A stretch of DNA of 64,000 nucleotides. It comes from an uncultured Gammaproteobacteria bacterium. Its GTDB lineage: Bacteria > Patescibacteriota > Patescibacteriia > XYB2-FULL-38-15. The notes below the pieces were generated by a model, which worked only from the letters and a program-made list of their open reading frames with translations, had not been told where the DNA came from and did no database searches. The stretch's first letter is position 1. Every line of letters begins with the position of its first letter. Of this stretch, positions 59,171 to 64,000 are shown piece after piece. The translations under genes were made by a program, and so were the position numbers. The stretch covers positions 603,549 through 667,548 of the forward strand of contig OZ246416.1 of assembly GCA_965231095.1 (NCBI GenBank), read 5' to 3'.

Positions 59171-59797
59171 ATGAAAATCTTTAAAATTTTAGTTTTGGGT
59201 TTATTTGTTTTTTCGAGCTTCGCCTTTTTAATTCCAACAGCGCTGGCCTTGCGAACCTGCAGTTCCGGAACCGGCTGCGGACCGGGTGAAACTTGTGCCG
59301 AATTGCCCGCCGCAGACCAATGCGTTGACTCTTCAGGAGATAGAATTTACTACATTACCGGACGTTGTAGCGGCTATCCTTCTGTCGCTTGCCCCTCTGG
59401 ATTTACCTGTCAAACTATTCCTACCAGAGGATCTTATTGCATCACAAATGAAGCGGGAATGGCGTCTACAAGTTGTCCGGCAGGACAAGAGCTGGTAAAT
59501 GGTTCTTGCCAAGCAGCAAGCCAAGCCACCACCGGTCCGGTGGAATTTACCTCACCAATCGACGCCGTTTCCCCGACTCAAATTCTTGGTACGGTCATAA
59601 AAACCGTTTTGGGAATTCTCGGCGCGATTGCTCTCGCGATGTTTGTCTACGGCGGTTTTGTTTGGATGACTTCCGGCGGCAGCCCGGAGAAAATAAAAAC
59701 GGCGCGCACGACGCTCGTCTGGGCGGTGATTGGTATGGTTGTAATATTTTTAAGTTACGCCGCGGTTGATTTTGTCCTTTCAGCTTTTGGCGTTTAA
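59171..59797 (+). CDS. Pilin-like paralog 2 with a Cys-rich N-terminal ectodomain.
   Basis: 208 aa. Signal peptide; ten Cys in the variable region. Core ILGAIALAMFVYGGFVWMTSGGSPEKIKTARTTLVWAVIGMVVIFLSYAAVDFVL. Confidence 0.65.
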   Translation: MKIFKILVLGLFVFSSFAFLIPTALALRTCSSGTGCGPGETCAELPAADQCVDSSGDRIYYITGRCSGYPSVACPSGFTCQTIPTRGSYCITNEAGMASTSCPAGQELVNGSCQAASQATTGPVEFTSPIDAVSPTQILGTVIKTVLGILGAIALAMFVYGGFVWMTSGGSPEKIKTARTTLVWAVIGMVVIFLSYAAVDFVLSAFGV

Positions 59798-59800
59798 ACA

Positions 59801-60313
59801 ATGAAAAAAAATTTAACAAAAAGGAGTACGACTTTTTCCATCTGCTTGTTTTTAATTTTAAGCAGCTGGATTTTTATTTTTAGCAGCTCGCTAGCCGAGG
59901 CGACTTGCATTACAGGCGCTGAATGTCCCGCCGGACAAGTTCGCGGCGCCGGCCCTTGCCCTGATGCCGGACAAATAAATTGCGTTTCCGAGCCAACTTC
60001 TTCAACCTCTGAAACGACCGGTACTCCAGAAAAAGTAAAGTTAGAAAATCCCCTCGGCGGTACGGGAACAATCGGCGAGGTCACTTCCCCCACCAAACTT
60101 ATCGGAAATATTATAAAAACTATTTTAACGATTGTCGGCGCCTTGGCCCTCGCGATGTTTGTCTACGGCGGGTTCACCTGGCTCACCTCCTCCGGAAGTC
60201 CGGAGAAAGTTAAAAAAGGAAAGGATATTTTAATTTGGGCGGTCATTGGCCTGATAGTAATTTTTACAAGCTACACAGCGGTAGATTTTGTCTTAACCGC
60301 CTTGGGGGTTTAA
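59801..60313 (+). CDS. Pilin-like paralog 3 with a Cys-containing N-domain.
   Basis: 170 aa. Core IVGALALAMFVYGGFTWLTSSGSPEKVKKGKDILIWAVIGLIVIFTSYTAVDFVL. It starts 3 nt after the previous stop. Confidence 0.65.
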   Translation: MKKNLTKRSTTFSICLFLILSSWIFIFSSSLAEATCITGAECPAGQVRGAGPCPDAGQINCVSEPTSSTSETTGTPEKVKLENPLGGTGTIGEVTSPTKLIGNIIKTILTIVGALALAMFVYGGFTWLTSSGSPEKVKKGKDILIWAVIGLIVIFTSYTAVDFVLTALGV

Positions 60314-61183
60314 ATGAAAAAAAACTTTACGAAAATTTTTATCTGTCTCTTCGCGCTCTCTCTCGCTGGACTCATTACCGCACGCAATGCGGCGGCGGAA
60401 GAATTCGGAGCCTGCGAGTGCGTAGAAGATACCTCCATCACTGTCGGGGCTTGCAGCGAGTGCGCGACGGCCTGCGCAACTTCTTTTGAAGCTGAGGGCA
60501 GACCTTTTACCGTAAAGTCTTGTGAAAATTCCTCTGTCCCCGGCGCGAAAGAGTGTTTTTGTCATTTAATAACAGCTTCTATACGCCGCGAAGAATGCCG
60601 TATCGGCTGTGTTGGTTATACTTATAATTTTACTCCCGCGGCAGAGCCCGTGCCCGTTGACGAAAGAGATGCTTGCACCCGTCAAGAAGATTGCGTTGGG
60701 ACAGCCGGTGACTGCGGCGCGACTCGCTGTTTTTGTGACACCACGGCTAGTATTTGTCGATTTAAAAAAGACAGCGGCTCGGTTTGTTCGGGAAACTTTG
60801 AATGCAACTCAAATATTTGCACGTCTGTTCCTGGCAGAGAAGGAAAAACTTGTAAAGTCGGCGGGCTCACTCCTCCGGGCGAAGAGACTCCTGCGCCCAC
60901 CGGCGAAGAAGACGTTTTTCCGACTTATCAAATAAATTCTCCTATCGGCGAAGTTACTGGACCGCAACTTATCGGCCGAATTATTAAAGCAATCCTTGGC
61001 CTGGTCGGCGCCTTAGCGCTCGGAATGTTTGTCTACGGAGGGTTTACTTGGTTGACCTCGGCCGGCAGCCCTGATAAAATAAAGAAGGGCAAAGACATTT
61101 TAATCTGGGCGACAATTGGCCTCATCGTAATTTTTACAAGTTATACCTTGGTGGATTTTCTCCTGCGATCGTTTGGATTATAA
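60314..61183 (+). CDS. Pilin-like paralog 4 with a large Cys-rich N-terminal domain (more than 30 Cys).
   Basis: 289 aa. Core LVGALALGMFVYGGFTWLTSAGSPDKIKKGKDILIWATIGLIVIFTSYTLVDFLL. Confidence 0.65.
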   Translation: MKKNFTKIFICLFALSLAGLITARNAAAEEFGACECVEDTSITVGACSECATACATSFEAEGRPFTVKSCENSSVPGAKECFCHLITASIRREECRIGCVGYTYNFTPAAEPVPVDERDACTRQEDCVGTAGDCGATRCFCDTTASICRFKKDSGSVCSGNFECNSNICTSVPGREGKTCKVGGLTPPGEETPAPTGEEDVFPTYQINSPIGEVTGPQLIGRIIKAILGLVGALALGMFVYGGFTWLTSAGSPDKIKKGKDILIWATIGLIVIFTSYTLVDFLLRSFGL

Positions 61184-61223
61184 CCTTCCATTTTAAATGG
61201 AATCCCGAAAGGGGGTGAAGAAA

Positions 61224-61589
61224 ATGTTAAAAAAAGTATTTTTCTGTTTAACCATCTTGAGTCTTTTGACTCCAGTTGTGGTCTCCGCACAAAATGACAT
61301 CTTGGGCCTGAATGTCATTAACAATGCGAACATCGGCTTGCAAGCTTCAGATCCGAGAGCCGTGGCCGCGAGAATCATTAACGTGGCGTTGGGTTTCTTG
61401 GGTATTATCGCCGTGGTCATCGTCTTGTACGGTGGCTTCATGTGGATGACAGCAGCTGGTAATGAGGAAAGAATTTCCAAAGCAAAACAGATCTTGACCG
61501 CCGGTGTTATCGGCTTGGTCATTATCGTTATGGCTTGGGCAATCGCCTCTTATGTTGTGAAGACTTTGATGAACGTTACAAACACCTAA
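61224..61589 (+). CDS. Pilin-like paralog 5 (short form; codon usage and GC differ from its neighbours).
   Basis: Core FLGIIAVVIVLYGGFMWMTAAGNEERISKAKQILTAGVIGLVIIVMAWAIASYVV. The likely start is MLKKVFF at 61224, with a GGGGGTG SD-like element upstream; the track start is 61197. Confidence 0.6.
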   Translation: MLKKVFFCLTILSLLTPVVVSAQNDILGLNVINNANIGLQASDPRAVAARIINVALGFLGIIAVVIVLYGGFMWMTAAGNEERISKAKQILTAGVIGLVIIVMAWAIASYVVKTLMNVTNT

Positions 61590-61633
61590 AGATTATAATG
61601 GGGTGGGGTTAACTCCCCACCCCATTCTCGATT

Positions 61634-62056
61634 ATGTTAAAAATAGAAAAAGTAAAAATTTTAAAATTTTTTTGCGTCGCGGCAATACTCTTTATAATTT
61701 TTGGCGCAAACTTTGCTCTCGCCCAACCCGCGGATGAGGATACAAGTGACACAAGCGGCGTTCGCTCCGGACTTGGCGAAGCGGCAAATATCGGGGGGAT
61801 CCCCCAGACCGGCGGCGAAGAAGCTATCCCAAACTTGATTGGCAATATTATTATGGGTGCGCTTGGTTCGGTCGGCATTATCTTTTTAATTTTAATGATT
61901 GTCGGCGGAGTAATGTGGATGACCGCCTCGGGAAATGAAGAGCGGGTGACTAAAGCCAAAAGCTTGATTACAAACGCCGTGATTGGCATGGTCATTGTTT
62001 TTTCCGCTTACGCCATCACTTATTTTGTCACGGAAACTTTACTTAACACGAGATGA
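61634..62056 (+). CDS. Pilin-like paralog 6.
   Basis: 140 aa. Core ALGSVGIIFLILMIVGGVMWMTASGNEERVTKAKSLITNAVIGMVIVFSAYAITYFV. Confidence 0.65.
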   Translation: MLKIEKVKILKFFCVAAILFIIFGANFALAQPADEDTSDTSGVRSGLGEAANIGGIPQTGGEEAIPNLIGNIIMGALGSVGIIFLILMIVGGVMWMTASGNEERVTKAKSLITNAVIGMVIVFSAYAITYFVTETLLNTR

Positions 62057-62544
62057 AAAATTATAAAAAAATCTTGGCTGTTTTTCTTTTTCTGCTTGTC
62101 GGATTTTTTATTTTTTACGGAACAGCCTCTGCCTCCATTTTTGGCGGCCTTGATACGGCGCGCGAAACTGCCGGCTATTCAGAAGACACTAATATTTATT
62201 CCACCATCAGTCTGATAATTTCCGTCGCCCTTGGCTTTGTTGGCGTGGCTTTTTTAGGGCTCACGCTTTATGGCGGATTAATTTGGATGCTGGCCCGCGG
62301 CAATGAACAAGAAATTGAAAAAGCAAAAAGATTAATTGAAGCGGCGGTGATCGGTCTGGCGATTGTTTTTGCCGCTTACGCCATCACTTATTTTGTCACT
62401 GAAAAAATTCTTTCTTCTACCTCCGGCGGGGGAGAAGGATTCACTTGCGCTGAAGGTGAGGTTTCGTGTTCTTGCTCTGGTGACTCTTACCCCGAATCCC
62501 TTTGTGCTCCGCGCGCTGAAGATTGTGTTTGTACTTCTTTTTAA
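62053..62544 (+). CDS. Pilin-like paralog 7 with a C-terminal Cys-rich tail.
   Basis: 163 aa. Core ALGFVGVAFLGLTLYGGLIWMLARGNEQEIEKAKRLIEAAVIGLAIVFAAYAITYFV, then ...GFTCAEGEVSCSCSGDSYPESLCAPRAEDCVCTSF. Confidence 0.65.
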   Translation: MKNYKKILAVFLFLLVGFFIFYGTASASIFGGLDTARETAGYSEDTNIYSTISLIISVALGFVGVAFLGLTLYGGLIWMLARGNEQEIEKAKRLIEAAVIGLAIVFAAYAITYFVTEKILSSTSGGGEGFTCAEGEVSCSCSGDSYPESLCAPRAEDCVCTSF

Positions 62545-62568
62545 ATTAAATTTTCAAAAATAATTACT

Positions 62569-63006
62569 ATGAAATCTTTTAAAAAAAATTTTATTTTTGC
62601 CTGTTTTACTTTAGCGCTTCTCACCCTGGCTATGCCCCTTATTACGAATGCCGTGGCCGCCCCCGGCGACACTTTGAATAGATTGAAAGAAGTCGGCGGC
62701 GAAGCTTACGGCACCGGCGAGGAGCCGCCAAAAGATGTGACGGAAATTGTCGGTGGAGTAATTAAAACCGGCTTGAGTATTATGGGCGTAGTCGCCGCGA
62801 TTTTAATAATTTATGCCGGCTATCTTTGGATGACAGGTCGCGGGAAAGAAGAAAGAATCAACAAGGCCAAAGAAACTTTGGAGGCGGCAATTATTGGTTT
62901 AATTATTATTCTGGCGGCCTACGCCATTACTTATTTTGTGGTGGATAGATTGATGCAGGCCTCCTCGGGCTCGCCATCCGGCGCTACACCGCCCCCTACC
63001 CCATAA
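62569..63006 (+). CDS. Pilin-like paralog 8.
   Basis: 145 aa. Core GLSIMGVVAAILIIYAGYLWMTGRGKEERINKAKETLEAAIIGLIIILAAYAITYFV. Confidence 0.65.
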   Translation: MKSFKKNFIFACFTLALLTLAMPLITNAVAAPGDTLNRLKEVGGEAYGTGEEPPKDVTEIVGGVIKTGLSIMGVVAAILIIYAGYLWMTGRGKEERINKAKETLEAAIIGLIIILAAYAITYFVVDRLMQASSGSPSGATPPPTP

Positions 63007-63018
63007 TTTAACAAAACT

Positions 63019-63423
63019 ATGAAGACTATTTCTAAAAAAATTTTCGTCTCTGCTCTGCTAAGTCTAATTCTCGTCATTTTTGCTCTGCCGGTCTTTGCTC
63101 AAGTAGGAGAATTACAAAATTTTGGTCGAGCGGCTTATGGCGAAGCTGAAGCGCAATATCAGGAAACCCAAGGACCCCTCGTCATTGCTGGCAAAGTTAT
63201 CAACATCGCCCTGGGAGCTGTCGGGGTAATTGTAGTTATCTTATTTGTTTACAGCGGATTTCTCTGGATGACCGCCGCGGGCAACACGGAAAAAATTGAA
63301 AAAGCAAAAAAAATTCTTGGTAACGCAATTGTTGGGACAATGATTGTCATTATGGCTTACGCCATTTCCTATTTTGTTATCAATCAATTATTAAAAGCTG
63401 CCGGCACACCAGTCACGCCGTAA
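63019..63423 (+). CDS. Pilin-like paralog 9.
   Basis: 134 aa. Core ALGAVGVIVVILFVYSGFLWMTAAGNTEKIEKAKKILGNAIVGTMIVIMAYAISYFV. Confidence 0.65.
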   Translation: MKTISKKIFVSALLSLILVIFALPVFAQVGELQNFGRAAYGEAEAQYQETQGPLVIAGKVINIALGAVGVIVVILFVYSGFLWMTAAGNTEKIEKAKKILGNAIVGTMIVIMAYAISYFVINQLLKAAGTPVTP

Positions 63424-63439
63424 ATCATAATTTAAAGAT

Positions 63440-63475
63440 TTTAAAATCCTCCAAGTAATTGGGGGATTTTTTGTG
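63440..63475 (+). terminator. Terminator-like hairpin after the pilin array.
   Basis: ATCCTCC-aagtaatt-GGGGGAT (one G-U pair) followed by TTTTTT. Confidence 0.35.
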
Positions 63476-63520
63476 TAAAAAAACGGGCGTTCCAGTTTGA
63501 ACTGAAACGCCCTTCCCTCC

Positions 63521-64000
63521 TTACCACGGGTTCCCGATGTTAACCCTTTGTTCCTCCCACCCGACACAGAACAGGTGTTCCGTATCGGACCTCGTGACTG
63601 GCCGATCGAAGTTCGGGGCGAGGTACTCCTCGAACTCGAAGTGGTGCCGCTCACAACCGGTCCGGAGATCGGTCTCGGCGAGCGGGGCGTAGAACTGCCC
63701 CTCGGTGTGCGGCGGCAGAAGTGGCAGACCGGCGTAGAGGTCAGTAAAGGACAGGTCTGCCCCGTCCATCCTGACCCTGACGTACCGATCCTTGTTGTTC
63801 ACGACCCGCACGAGATGCGGACCGCGCCACTGGTTCGGATAACCGTGGCCTTCCACGAAGGCCAAGTCCGGCGGCGGGGGCGGCGGAACGAAGTATCCGC
63901 CGCCGAAGCCGCCACCGTATCCCGAAGCGCCGTAGGCCGCGGGCGGAGTGTAGTTCGGGTAGCCGTAGGCTTGCCCGCCCCAGATGCCGCAGCCAAGCGA
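63521..64000 (-). CDS. Hypothetical GC-rich protein, 5'-partial (continues beyond the window end), with a Gly/Tyr/Pro-rich low-complexity N-terminal region.
   Basis: The minus-strand frame is open from 64000 down to the stop at 63521. It reads ...AYGYPNYTPPAAYGASGYGGGFGGGYFVPPPPPPDLAFVEGHGYPNQWRGPH...HHFEFEEYLAPNFDRPVTRSDTEHLF... GC is about 60%. Confidence 0.4.
   Translation of the reverse strand, partial: SLGCGIWGGQAYGYPNYTPPAAYGASGYGGGFGGGYFVPPPPPPDLAFVEGHGYPNQWRGPHLVRVVNNKDRYVRVRMDGADLSFTDLYAGLPLLPPHTEGQFYAPLAETDLRTGCERHHFEFEEYLAPNFDRPVTRSDTEHLFCVGWEEQRVNIGNPW

Overview
This window reads as a low-GC (about 40%) genome fragment from a reduced bacterium of the Candidate Phyla Radiation / Patescibacteria type; that phylum assignment is inference. 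Native genes lack Shine-Dalgarno motifs. There is a four-subunit pyruvate:ferredoxin oxidoreductase, and a 23S-5S rRNA pair with no adjacent 16S. There are giant surface proteins and many small pilin-like proteins.

Content in order along the window:
- 1-9.4 kb, minus strand: a cell-envelope glycan cluster made of a repeat-domain surface protein, a DUF4012-like protein, three GT4 glycosyltransferases and a priming sugar-phosphotransferase.
- 9.4-15 kb: RNase P RNA, trpS, RNase J, tRNA-Leu, a family-5 substrate-binding protein and secG.
- 15-21 kb: a DsbA-like protein and porG-porD-porA-porB. A 603-aa Cys-rich gene with a pilin-like domain sits between porA and porB.
- 21-27 kb: uvrA, rplS, cmk, an RluA-family gene and cca.
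- 27-29 kb: tRNA-Ile(UAU) with tRNA fragments and a GC-rich islet.
- 29-31 kb: an EndoQ-like PHP-domain gene and a nucleotidyltransferase.
- 31-35 kb: the 5S-23S rRNAs, followed by a second GC-rich islet.
- 36-41 kb: tRNA-Leu(UAG), a 1168-aa surface protein with five lamin-tail domains and a PKD domain, a Cys-rich islet gene and tRNA-Gly.
- 41-49 kb: PolX, tRNA-Leu(UAA) followed by a GC-rich islet carrying a dGTPase-like HD phosphohydrolase, ruvB, and a SpoIID/LytB-domain protein.
- 49-58.6 kb: a Wzx-like flippase, an O-antigen-ligase-like protein, tRNA-Ser, typA, galU and a family-1 substrate-binding protein.
- 58.7-63.4 kb: a tandem array of nine pilin-like paralogs.

The most unusual signals:
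- A ten-member family of TrbC/VirB2-like two-transmembrane pilin-type proteins. Nine sit in one array and one is embedded in the por operon.
- Six small islets of 55-60% GC. Each carries strong GGAGG ribosome-binding sites and its own terminators. They sit beside tRNA genes and tRNA fragments in an otherwise SD-less, AT-rich genome. That pattern points to foreign or mobile origin.
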